Assembly: GCA_050251945.1 (NCBI GenBank)
Contig: JBFWLW010000004.1
Location: 1-64,000 of the forward strand
Origin: Deferribacterales bacterium
GTDB lineage: Bacteria; Chrysiogenota; Deferribacteres; Deferribacterales; Geovibrionaceae
DNA length: 64,000 nt
Reading direction: 5' to 3'
This document shows positions 50,636-59,618 of the stretch, piece by piece. The position numbers and the translations under genes were made by a program. Under the pieces are notes generated by a model. The model did not search any database. It worked only from the letters and a program-made list of their open reading frames with translations, and was not told the origin of the DNA. Within the stretch, counting starts at the first letter, position 1. Every line of letters begins with the position of its first letter.

Positions 50636-51562
50636 ATGGCAAAAGTTCAGAGCCTGAACATAAGCAGGGAAAAGGGCGTTAAGAAAACGCCGGTGGACAG
50701 TGTTGAACTTATTACCGATTTCGGTATTAAGGATGACGCGCACGCGGGAAAGTGGCACAGACAGGTGAGCCTGCTTGCCACGGAAAGCATACAGAAGATG
50801 AAAGACAAAGGGCTTAACGTTGACAGCGGCGACTTTGCAGAGAACATCACAACCGAAGGCGTGGATCTTCTGAGCCTTGCCGTCGGTGACACATGTATGC
50901 TCGGCGGTGTTGAGCTTACCATCAGTCAGCTCGGAAAGCTCTGTCACCACAGATGCGCTGTGTATTACGCCGCAGGCGACTGCGTTATGCCGCGCGAAGG
51001 TATCTTCGGTGTCGTACGCAATGACGGAAAAGTTAAAGTGGGCGACGAAGTCACCGTTTCCCGCAAAAAAGGACTCTCCGTATGCGTAATAACACTCAGC
51101 GACAAGGGAAGCAAAGGCGAGCGTGTTGACGAGACAGGACCCGCTGTTGTTGAGATGCTCAATGACAGACTGGACGTTTGCTTCACCAGAACGGAAGTTA
51201 TGGCGGACGAGCAGAAAGGGCTTGAAGAAGCTCTTAAGTATATGTGCGATCTCCAGAAGTTCGACCTTGTGGTCACAAACGGCTCAACGGGCGTTTCGCC
51301 CCGCGACATAGCTCCCGACGCAACGCTGAACGTTATTGAAAGACGTTTGCCGGGGTTTGAAGAGGCTATGCGCATGAAGAGCTTTGAAAAAACCAATCGC
51401 GCACTTATCAGCCGCGCCGTCGCGGGCGTACGCGGAAACACGCTTATAATAAACGTACCCGGCAGCCCCAAAGGCGCTGTGGAGAATCTTGACGTCGTCC
51501 TCGACGCTGTTCCCCACTGCATCGAAAAACTGCAAGGGTCACAGGCGGACTGCGCCCAGTGA
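50636..51562 (+). CDS. MOSC domain-MogA/MoaB fusion (molybdenum cofactor)
   Basis: RQVSLL, FAENI, CVMPREG; then TLSD, GSTGVSPRD, NVPGSP. Confidence 0.88.
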   Translation: MAKVQSLNISREKGVKKTPVDSVELITDFGIKDDAHAGKWHRQVSLLATESIQKMKDKGLNVDSGDFAENITTEGVDLLSLAVGDTCMLGGVELTISQLGKLCHHRCAVYYAAGDCVMPREGIFGVVRNDGKVKVGDEVTVSRKKGLSVCVITLSDKGSKGERVDETGPAVVEMLNDRLDVCFTRTEVMADEQKGLEEALKYMCDLQKFDLVVTNGSTGVSPRDIAPDATLNVIERRLPGFEEAMRMKSFEKTNRALISRAVAGVRGNTLIINVPGSPKGAVENLDVVLDAVPHCIEKLQGSQADCAQ

Positions 51563-52194
51563 AGGACTACCCGCTCTACATAGCCCTCGACGGAATTGAC
51601 GGCTGCGGCAAGACAACTCTGTCACAGGGAATTTACAAAGAATTTATGAAGCTCGGCAGGCGGGTGAAACTCACCCGCGAGCCGGGCGGTACCGAGGTGG
51701 GAATACTGCTGCGCCAGCTGCTGGTGAACCAGAAGTTCTCACTTGAACCGGAGACGGAGCTTATGCTCTATTGTGCGGACAGGCTTGAACACCAGACAAA
51801 GCTTGTTCTGCCGAACCTTGAGGCGGGCAGGGACGTCATAAGCGACAGATTTCTGTCTTCGACCTATGCATATCAGATATTCGGACGGGGGCTGGATAAG
51901 CCGTTTCTGGATTTTCTGAGCGGGCACAGCGTAAAGAGAATGCCTGACATCACTTTTATAATCGACATAGACCCGAAGACCGCTCTCGACAGGGCAGTTG
52001 CAAGGCTTAAACGGGAAGGCATGATGCAGGACGAGGGCAAGTTCGAGTCGCTGGGGACGGAGTTTTACGAAAAAGTACACGAGGGATTTGTCTGGTATGC
52101 GGACACCCACGAGAACGTCTGGACGATAAACGGAATGCAGGCTCCCGAAGCCGTGCTTTCCGATGTTATTGCTATATTGGATAATTTTATATGA
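51559..52194 (+). CDS. tmk: Thymidylate kinase
   Basis: GIDGCGKTT, TREPGG, DRFLSSTYAYQ. Confidence 0.95.
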   Translation: MKDYPLYIALDGIDGCGKTTLSQGIYKEFMKLGRRVKLTREPGGTEVGILLRQLLVNQKFSLEPETELMLYCADRLEHQTKLVLPNLEAGRDVISDRFLSSTYAYQIFGRGLDKPFLDFLSGHSVKRMPDITFIIDIDPKTALDRAVARLKREGMMQDEGKFESLGTEFYEKVHEGFVWYADTHENVWTINGMQAPEAVLSDVIAILDNFI

Positions 52195-53069
52195 ACATAA
52201 CGGGGCATGAAAGAGAGAAGGAGATATTCGGACGGGTTTTAAAAGAGAACAGGCTCCATCATGCCTATATTCTGAGCGGGCGGGACGGTATCGGCAAAAA
52301 GCTTTTCGCAAAGGAACTTGCGAAGGCTCTGCTGTGCGAGAACGGTTCGTTCATGGAAAACTGTAAATGCCGCCACTGCTCTCTTGCAGACGCCGGTTCA
52401 CATCCTGACATACACATCATAGAGGAAACGCCGCTGAAGATTGACAAAGCGCGCGAGATATCCTCTAATGCCTTTATGACGCCCCTTTCGGCATCGAGAA
52501 AGGTTTATATAATCGACAGTGCGGACACTTTCGGTCTGGAGGCGGCGAACGCCCTGCTCAAGACCCTTGAGGAACCGCCGGAAGATACGCATTTTTTCCT
52601 TATTACATCGAGATATTCGCAGGTTCTGCATACCATCAGGTCTAGATGTATAAACATCGGCTTCGGTGTGCTTACAGATGTTGAGATGACAAACGTCGTC
52701 CGCCAACACTCTCAGAAAACCGACGAAGAGATAGATAAAGCTGTTTCCATAAGCTCCGGTTCTGCCGGATACGCTCTCTACCTGCTGGAAAGCATGGAAA
52801 AACAGCCGGAATTCAATAGCAGGCTGAACCCTGTGGAACTGTTTTATGAGATAGAATCGCTGGACGACAAGGACAAGATTCGTGCATACTGTGCATCGCT
52901 GTACGGATATCTTCTTGAAAGGTATAAGAAAACCGGTAGCGAAACTATGCTCGCATTTTCTAACTATTTGCTGGATATTTTGAAAAGGCTTGAGTATAAT
53001 GTCAGTTTAGACATATTCAGGTTTGACCTGTACATAAAAACTGTTGAGGTACTTAGTGAAAAAAGTTAA
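52191..53069 (+). CDS. holB: DNA polymerase III delta' subunit
   Basis: HAYILSG..GIGK, HPD, AANALLKTLEEP, TIRSRC. Confidence 0.92.
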   Translation: MNITGHEREKEIFGRVLKENRLHHAYILSGRDGIGKKLFAKELAKALLCENGSFMENCKCRHCSLADAGSHPDIHIIEETPLKIDKAREISSNAFMTPLSASRKVYIIDSADTFGLEAANALLKTLEEPPEDTHFFLITSRYSQVLHTIRSRCINIGFGVLTDVEMTNVVRQHSQKTDEEIDKAVSISSGSAGYALYLLESMEKQPEFNSRLNPVELFYEIESLDDKDKIRAYCASLYGYLLERYKKTGSETMLAFSNYLLDILKRLEYNVSLDIFRFDLYIKTVEVLSEKS

Positions 53070-53805
53070 TGCCATTGGCGTGGCGTTCAAGCCCGCGGGC
53101 AAGATATATGATTTCCTCTCCTGTGGGGTAGAGGCGCGATTTGGAGAAAAAGTTATAGTTGAAACTGAAAAGGGCGAGGATATGGCAAACGTCATTCATT
53201 CCGCCCGTGACATAGAAGTTGACGACAAAGCTGAAATGAAAAACGTTATCCGCAAGGCTACCATGGCGGATTTTGAACAGAAAAAACTGAACACGGCGGA
53301 TGAGCCTGCGGCTTTTAAAGCCTGTAAGGAATTCGTGGTTCAGCATAATCTGGATATGAAGCTTCTTAAGGCGGAATATACTCTGGACAGAAGCAAGCTG
53401 ACATTCTTCTTCACTGCCGACGGCAGGATAGATTTCCGCCAGCTTGTCCGTGACCTTGCGCGGGTGTTTCGCACCCGCATCGAAATGCGTCAGGTCGGCG
53501 TTCGCGATGCCACCAAAATGATAGGCGGATTCGGACTTTGCGGAAAAGAATTCTGCTGTTCAACGTTCCTCAGAAAATTTGATAATATTTCAATAAAAAT
53601 GGCGAAAGACCAGAACCTTATCCTTAACCCCACGAAGATATCAGGGGTTTGCGGAAGGCTCATGTGCTGTCTGATGTATGAGAAGGACGCATATGACGGC
53701 GACATCGTTTCCTGTGCGGGATGCCGCAAAGAGGAGATGATGGACGGCGACGACATGGTACGCCTTAAAGACCTGCTTGACGATCATTCCGGAGGAGACA
53801 TATGA
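53056..53805 (+). CDS. PSP1 domain protein (RicT/YaaT)
   Basis: RIDFRQLV, RIEMRQVG, CG..CC, SGVCGRLMCCL; GTG start after GAGG. Confidence 0.92.
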   Translation: MKKVNAIGVAFKPAGKIYDFLSCGVEARFGEKVIVETEKGEDMANVIHSARDIEVDDKAEMKNVIRKATMADFEQKKLNTADEPAAFKACKEFVVQHNLDMKLLKAEYTLDRSKLTFFFTADGRIDFRQLVRDLARVFRTRIEMRQVGVRDATKMIGGFGLCGKEFCCSTFLRKFDNISIKMAKDQNLILNPTKISGVCGRLMCCLMYEKDAYDGDIVSCAGCRKEEMMDGDDMVRLKDLLDDHSGGDI

Positions 53806-55730
53806 GCGGCAGAACATTTTATATCACCACGCCCATCTATTATGTAAACGACGTTCCACACATAGGTCACGCATACACGACAGTTGCGTGTGACACCGTG
53901 AGCAGATATAAAAGACTGTGCGGATACGATGTTTTCTTCCTTACAGGAACCGACGAACACGGTCAGAAGATTGAGCAGGCGGCGCTGAAAAGAGGCATCA
54001 CGCCAAAAGCGCTGGCAGATGAGGTTGTTCAGAGGTATCAGAGCCTCTGGAAAGTTCTTAATATCTCGAATACCGATTTCATCCGTACAACTGACGAAAA
54101 ACATAAGGCGGCCGTGCGCAAGATTTTCCGCACAATGCGCGACAAAGGCGACATATATATCGACCATTACGAGGGCTGGTACTGCACACCGTGCGAAACG
54201 TACCTCACGGAAACACAGCTTCTGGACGGCAATTGCTGCCCCTCATGCGGACGCGAAACAAGCAAACTGAAAGAACCCAGCTATTTCTTCAAGATGAGCA
54301 AATACAGCGATCAGCTTCTTAAGCATATTGAAGAACATAAAGATTTCATCCGTCCCGAATCAAGGCGCAATGAGATAATCTCATTCATAAAAGAGGGTCT
54401 GCGCGACCTTTCGGTTTCGCGCGTCTCCTTTAAATGGGGAATACCCGTGCCGGAAGACGAAGAACACGTTATCTATGTGTGGCTGGATGCGCTGACAAAC
54501 TATATCGCCGCTCTGGGCTATGGCGTAGACGACGACAGCGATTTCAAAAAATACTGGCCTGCCGATTTTCATGTGGTGGGTAAAGATATTCTCCGTTTCC
54601 ACACTGTCTATTGGCCCACAATGCTTTTAAGCGCGGGAGTGGAACTTCCCAAAAGCGTATTCGCACACGGCTGGTGGACTGTGGAAGGACAGAAAATGTC
54701 CAAATCCATGGGCAACGCAATCGACCCCAACTGGCTGGTTGAAAAATTCGGCGTGGATGCCATCCGCTATTTCCTTTTGCGCGAGGTTCCGTTCGGACTG
54801 GACGGCGACTTCTCGTTCAAAGGGCTTATCCACCGCATAAACGGCGACCTTGCAAACGACCTCGGCAACCTGCTGAACCGTACTATGGGTATGGTGAACC
54901 GTTATTTCGACGGCATCGTTCCCGCATACAGCGTGAAGGGAGATTATGACGAGGCTCTGGAAGCGCTTGTGAGCAGAGTCTTTGACGAAGTTGACGGACA
55001 CCTGAACAACCTTGCGTTTAACAAGGCGCTCGCTTCTCTTTGGGAACTGGTGAGCGGACTTAATAAATATATCGACGACAACGCTCCGTGGGCGCTTGCC
55101 AAGGATGAAGCGAAAAAAGATGTACTCGGTTCAGTGCTTTACACTGTGCTTGACGGTATCCGTCTGGTATCGCTCCTTCTGTATCCTTTCATCCCCGATA
55201 CAGCGGCAAAGATACGCAAACAGCTCAATACGTCACTCGATATAGAAAAAGCCGACGAAAAATCGCTGAAAGCTGTCAGAAAGCTTGAAAGCGGACAGAA
55301 ACTCGGCGAAGCCGAACAGCTTTTCCCCAGAATCGACGAAAAAGAGATGCTGGAATCGCTGAAACCGGTTGAAAAACCCGCAGATAAGAAAGATGAAGTT
55401 GTTGAAGCGATAGATTTTGTATATTTTTCCAAAATGGTGCTGAAAGCGGCGAAGGTTGTTGAGGCGGAGAAAGTGGATAAATCCGATAAACTTCTTAAAC
55501 TCAAAATAGACCTTGGCAGCGGAGACATCCGTCAGGTTGTTTCCGGCATCGCGAAAAGTTACAGCGCAGACGATATGAAGGGCAAAACCGTTGCGGTCGT
55601 CGCCAACCTGAAACCTGCGAAACTTATGGGTATCGTTTCCGAAGCGATGATTCTTGCCGCCACAGTGGGTGACAAACACGTCGTGATGGAACTTCCCGAC
55701 AGCATCGAAGCGGGAACAGTTATAAAGTAA
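53802..55730 (+). CDS. metG: Methionine--tRNA ligase
   Basis: PHIGHAY, GTDEHG, YVWLDAL, KMSKS, C-terminal tRNA-binding domain. Confidence 0.97.
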   Translation: MSGRTFYITTPIYYVNDVPHIGHAYTTVACDTVSRYKRLCGYDVFFLTGTDEHGQKIEQAALKRGITPKALADEVVQRYQSLWKVLNISNTDFIRTTDEKHKAAVRKIFRTMRDKGDIYIDHYEGWYCTPCETYLTETQLLDGNCCPSCGRETSKLKEPSYFFKMSKYSDQLLKHIEEHKDFIRPESRRNEIISFIKEGLRDLSVSRVSFKWGIPVPEDEEHVIYVWLDALTNYIAALGYGVDDDSDFKKYWPADFHVVGKDILRFHTVYWPTMLLSAGVELPKSVFAHGWWTVEGQKMSKSMGNAIDPNWLVEKFGVDAIRYFLLREVPFGLDGDFSFKGLIHRINGDLANDLGNLLNRTMGMVNRYFDGIVPAYSVKGDYDEALEALVSRVFDEVDGHLNNLAFNKALASLWELVSGLNKYIDDNAPWALAKDEAKKDVLGSVLYTVLDGIRLVSLLLYPFIPDTAAKIRKQLNTSLDIEKADEKSLKAVRKLESGQKLGEAEQLFPRIDEKEMLESLKPVEKPADKKDEVVEAIDFVYFSKMVLKAAKVVEAEKVDKSDKLLKLKIDLGSGDIRQVVSGIAKSYSADDMKGKTVAVVANLKPAKLMGIVSEAMILAATVGDKHVVMELPDSIEAGTVIK

Positions 55731-55796
55731 GAGATTAATTCGTCGTAAACTCCCCGCAATGACGTCTCTGCGAGGAATGAAGTGACGAGGCAGTCT
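55731..55796. repeat. REP-like doublet
   Basis: GAGATT...CGCAATGACG fused to GTCTCTGCGAGGAATGAAGTGACGAGGCAGTCT. Confidence 0.7.
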
Positions 55797-55812
55797 GTAT
55801 TTTGGAATTAAA

Positions 55813-56676
55813 ATGATCACAAAAAAAGGCAGTCCGCTGCACCATCAGTTCCTTATGGAGCTGAAAGCTGCGGGCGAAGCGGGGGCGTTTTTTACGGACT
55901 CCCACGCACATATACACATGGAACCCCTTGCAGAGGATATGGAAGGGGTTATCAGCCGTGCCGAGGAAAACTACGTCCGCCGCATCGTAACCATCGGCTG
56001 CGGGCTTGAGGACAGTCTCCTCGCGCAAAAAGCCGCCGCATCGCACGAACGCGTCTTCTTTGCCGCAGGCATCCACCCCCACGATTCTCAGGCTTGCGAT
56101 TTTTCTGAGGCTTACGATGACTCTGATGTAACCAAAGGTTTTCATAAACTGTTTACGCATCCGAAATGTATAGCCATCGGCGAGATAGGGCTGGATTATT
56201 TCTATGACCTATCCCCGCGTGACGTTCAGCAGAAAGTTTTCCGTCATTTCCTTCAGCTTGCAAAAGAATATAAAAAACCTGTAGTCATACACAACCGCGA
56301 TTCAGCGGAGGACTGCGTGCGTATCCTTGACGAAGAGGTGCGCGGACGGGACAGAAACGGAATAATCCATTGTTTCAGCGGCGACATCCCGCTTTTGCGG
56401 TGGGCGCTTGATAACGGTTTTTATATATCATATGCCGGACCTGTCACCTATTCAAAATCAGACGACCTGCGGGCGACGCTTCAATATGTTCCTGTTGACC
56501 GTCTGCTCGCGGAAACAGACTCCCCGTACCTCTCCCCAATGCCGTTTCGCGGCAAAACAAACGAGCCTGCAAACACCGTTTACAATGCATATGAAATTTC
56601 CATAATAAAAAGCATGAATTTATATGAATTTGCGGTACAATTGGAAAAGAACTATAATACTCTTTTTCAGGCTTGA
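55813..56676 (+). CDS. tatD: TatD family hydrolase
   Basis: DSHAH, GIHPH, IGEIGLD, IHNR, IHCFS, ETDSPY. Confidence 0.93.
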   Translation: MITKKGSPLHHQFLMELKAAGEAGAFFTDSHAHIHMEPLAEDMEGVISRAEENYVRRIVTIGCGLEDSLLAQKAAASHERVFFAAGIHPHDSQACDFSEAYDDSDVTKGFHKLFTHPKCIAIGEIGLDYFYDLSPRDVQQKVFRHFLQLAKEYKKPVVIHNRDSAEDCVRILDEEVRGRDRNGIIHCFSGDIPLLRWALDNGFYISYAGPVTYSKSDDLRATLQYVPVDRLLAETDSPYLSPMPFRGKTNEPANTVYNAYEISIIKSMNLYEFAVQLEKNYNTLFQA

Positions 56677-56678
56677 TT

Positions 56679-57050
56679 ATGAAACACAATGTTTTGCTGG
56701 TAGATGACAATGAATTGGAGCTGTTTGCTCTAAGAGAACTTTTCGAGGCAGAGGGCTACGAAGTTGATACTGCGGAGAACGGACTTTTTGCCCGGGATAT
56801 GGTGAAAGAGAAGGAATACGACATCATCATTACTGATCTTGTAATGCCGGTGTCCGACGGAATACAGTTTCTGTATTCACTCGGCTCCACGGGCAGAGAG
56901 ATCCCCGTCATCGTTCTCACAGGTTTCAACCGTATAGACAACATGCTGAATGCGTTCCAGATGGGCGCTGTGGATGTGCTTTATAAACCTTATGACGTGT
57001 CCCAGCTTCTTGAGCTTTGCGCCAAGGTTTTGAAGAAAAATCAATCTTAA
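56679..57050 (+). CDS. Single-domain response regulator
   Basis: LLVDDN, ITDLVMP, LTG, KP. Confidence 0.9.
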   Translation: MKHNVLLVDDNELELFALRELFEAEGYEVDTAENGLFARDMVKEKEYDIIITDLVMPVSDGIQFLYSLGSTGREIPVIVLTGFNRIDNMLNAFQMGAVDVLYKPYDVSQLLELCAKVLKKNQS

Positions 57051-57061
57051 CGGAGGTCTAT

Positions 57062-57517
57062 ATGACAATAAATGTTAACAAGATCCTGTATCCCACGGAT
57101 TTCTCCGATCCGTCAGCATATGCGCTGAACTACGCTGCGGAGATGGCGAAGCTGTTTGATGCCGAGCTTGAGCTTCTGCACGTTATGCTGGACGAAAGCC
57201 AGCTTGTGTCTTTTTACCTGCCGCAGATAACAGTGCAGAACCTCGCGAAGGATATGGAGGATGGAGCTACGGCGAAACTTCAGGAGTTTATCGCAAATGC
57301 GAAAATTCTTGAAGGTGTCAAATATAAATACACTATGGCGAAAGGCATTGCCGATGAAGAGATAGTGCGCGTTGCGCAGGAATCAGGCACGGATCTTATC
57401 GTTATAGGCACCCACGGACGCACAGGCTTTGAGCACGTTCTTTTCGGTTCAACAGCGGAAAAAGTTGTCCGCAAGGCACCCTGTCCCGTTCTTTCAGTAC
57501 GGAAAAAAGAAGAATAG
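57062..57517 (+). CDS. Universal stress protein
   Basis: ILYPTDFS, DLIVIGTHG...GSTAEKVVRKAPCPVL; SD GGAGG. Confidence 0.93.
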   Translation: MTINVNKILYPTDFSDPSAYALNYAAEMAKLFDAELELLHVMLDESQLVSFYLPQITVQNLAKDMEDGATAKLQEFIANAKILEGVKYKYTMAKGIADEEIVRVAQESGTDLIVIGTHGRTGFEHVLFGSTAEKVVRKAPCPVLSVRKKEE

Positions 57518-57543
57518 TATATGGGGCGGTTTATCCGTCCCTC

Positions 57544-57696
57544 AGACTGGTGACAAACTGGATTTTACGTTCCTATCTCCCCCTTTAGAAAAGGGGGAAT
57601 AAGGGGGATTTTGATTAAACATCAATCAAATCCACCCCAACCCTCCTTTTGCTAAAGGAGGGAGAAATATGGAAATTATGACTTTGTCAACAACCT
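57544..57696. mobile_element. 153-bp MITE, copy 3, between duplicated terminator hairpins
   Basis: TIR AGACTGGTGACAAA...TTTGTCAACAACCT; TGGGGCGGTTTATCCG(T/C)CCCT on both sides. Confidence 0.88.
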
Positions 57697-57754
57697 GTGG
57701 GGCGGTTTATCCGCCCCTTTTTAATTGGCGCTTAAATGCATAATCAAATCAAAT

Positions 57755-57835
57755 GAGATCGCTTCGTAGCCCGCTCCTCGCGAAGACGTTTATTTTTACA
57801 TGTCTCTGCGAACCCTGCAGGGGTGAAGCAGTCTC
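57755..57835. repeat. REP-like doublet
   Basis: GAGATCGCTTCG...TCGCGAAGACG plus GTCTCTGCGA...GAAGCAGTCTC. Confidence 0.8.
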
Positions 57836-57899
57836 GTCTTTCAATATGCGACATAAATTTCATGAAATATTCTAAAAAGAAATAGGGGATTAATTTTAC

Positions 57900-59618
57900 T
57901 TAGCTTCTCAGATAATCTTCCAGCCCAGAAAACCTTTCCGTCTGTCTGTTCAGATAGCTTCTGATTGCCGTTTCGGTTGAAATGACCGTCAGTTTCTCTT
58001 TTGCGCGTGTCACGGCGGTGTAAAAAAGTTCCCTCGTGGCTATGGGTGACTCCGATTCCGGCAGAACCAGTATCACATGGTCAAATTCCGAACCCTGACT
58101 TTTATGCACGGTCATGGCATACACGTTTACCCATGAGGGCATACGCATCACGCCGGCGGGTCTTTCCCTGCCTGCGAAATATGCTTTCATTCCGTCCTGC
58201 TTAACTATAAGTCCCGTCTCGCCGTTGAAAAGATTCATGGAATAGTCGTTCTCGGTTATCATAACAGGTTGTCCGTGGAAGTATTTTTCCGTACTGCTTC
58301 TGAGTCCTTCACGAGAGAGCGCTGACAGTGCAAAGCCGTTTATCGCCTGTGTACCGAATCTTCCGGTTACTGTAGGGCAGAGAATTATTGACCTTGCCGC
58401 CATTTCAAGCATTTTTTGAGGATCGCTTTCAGACACTGTTTTTCTGTACAGATCAATTATGTATTTTCTGAAAAAGCCCATTATGTCGGTGTCAGACGGG
58501 ATGAAATCAATCTTTCCGGTAGTATCGCTGCGGATAACTTCTATGGCGGTTTCGCTGTCACCCACACGGCACGCCTTTGCCAGTTTGCCGATACCCAGCG
58601 TATCGTCAAACCTGTGGCTCTCCGTGAGCGCGACAGTGATGTCCGATATGCTTTGTCCTTGCGGCGAAACTTTGGTATCGGCGTATTCTTCTATTATTAA
58701 TGCTCTTTCCTGTGAAAAAACGTCTGTTTCGGATGCGGTGCAGATGTCGCCCAGAACTGAGCCGGGCATAACGGACGAGAGCTGGTCTTTGTCGCCCAGA
58801 AGAATCAGGCGGGCGGCAGGTTTCAGCGAATTTACAAGTTCGCTCATCATTTTCAGGTCGACCATGGATGCCTCGTCGACTATCACCACGTCGTACGCCA
58901 TAGGATATTCGGGGCTGAAACGGCTTCTGTCGCGGCTTCCCGTAGTTCCTAAAAGCCTGTGGAGCGTGACAGCCTTCAATCCGTCCGTTTCTGTCAGAGT
59001 TTCGTTCAGTCTGTTTGCCGCTTTGCCTGTGGGTGCCGTGAGCGCTATGTTCAGCGGGCTGTCCGAAAGGGCGTTGAGGATATTCAGCACTTTGCGGACT
59101 GTTGTCGTCTTGCCTGTGCCGGGTCCTCCGGTTATGACACAGAAACCCGACAGACACGCGCAGAGCGCCGCCGCTTTCTGCATGTTTGCCCCTTCGCCGA
59201 ATTCTTTTATGAGCAGATCTTTCAGTTTTTTGCCGTCTGCTATAGGGATGTCAGGGCTTTGGCGTATGAAATCGCCCACCAGTTTTTCACTGCGGTAAAA
59301 CGCCGCCAGATAAAGCCTGCCGCCCGTAAATATCACAGGCGCGCTTTCATCTTTTGCGACAGCGCCGCTCGCGGCTATTTTTTGTATGTTCCCGTCAGAG
59401 AAAGTATTATCAAGTTCTTCTTTAAAGTCTTTATAAAACGGCAGAATATCTATTCTATCGGTTTTAAGGCATGTGTGTTCGGTTGAAACGGCATAGAACA
59501 GCACAGCGAAGAACAGGTATGCGTCCGGACAGCCGAAAACAGCACACATCTGCTTTGCAAACTGCACGTCTATGTCTCGCAGTTGTCCGTTTTCGTATAA
59601 AACATCAGCCGTATTCAT
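57900..59618 (-). CDS. recD: Exodeoxyribonuclease V alpha subunit
   Basis: GGPGTGKTT, APTGKAA, VDEASM, GDKDQL, TVHKSQGSEF, YTAVTRA. Confidence 0.95.
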   Translation of the reverse strand: MNTADVLYENGQLRDIDVQFAKQMCAVFGCPDAYLFFAVLFYAVSTEHTCLKTDRIDILPFYKDFKEELDNTFSDGNIQKIAASGAVAKDESAPVIFTGGRLYLAAFYRSEKLVGDFIRQSPDIPIADGKKLKDLLIKEFGEGANMQKAAALCACLSGFCVITGGPGTGKTTTVRKVLNILNALSDSPLNIALTAPTGKAANRLNETLTETDGLKAVTLHRLLGTTGSRDRSRFSPEYPMAYDVVIVDEASMVDLKMMSELVNSLKPAARLILLGDKDQLSSVMPGSVLGDICTASETDVFSQERALIIEEYADTKVSPQGQSISDITVALTESHRFDDTLGIGKLAKACRVGDSETAIEVIRSDTTGKIDFIPSDTDIMGFFRKYIIDLYRKTVSESDPQKMLEMAARSIILCPTVTGRFGTQAINGFALSALSREGLRSSTEKYFHGQPVMITENDYSMNLFNGETGLIVKQDGMKAYFAGRERPAGVMRMPSWVNVYAMTVHKSQGSEFDHVILVLPESESPIATRELFYTAVTRAKEKLTVISTETAIRSYLNRQTERFSGLEDYLRS

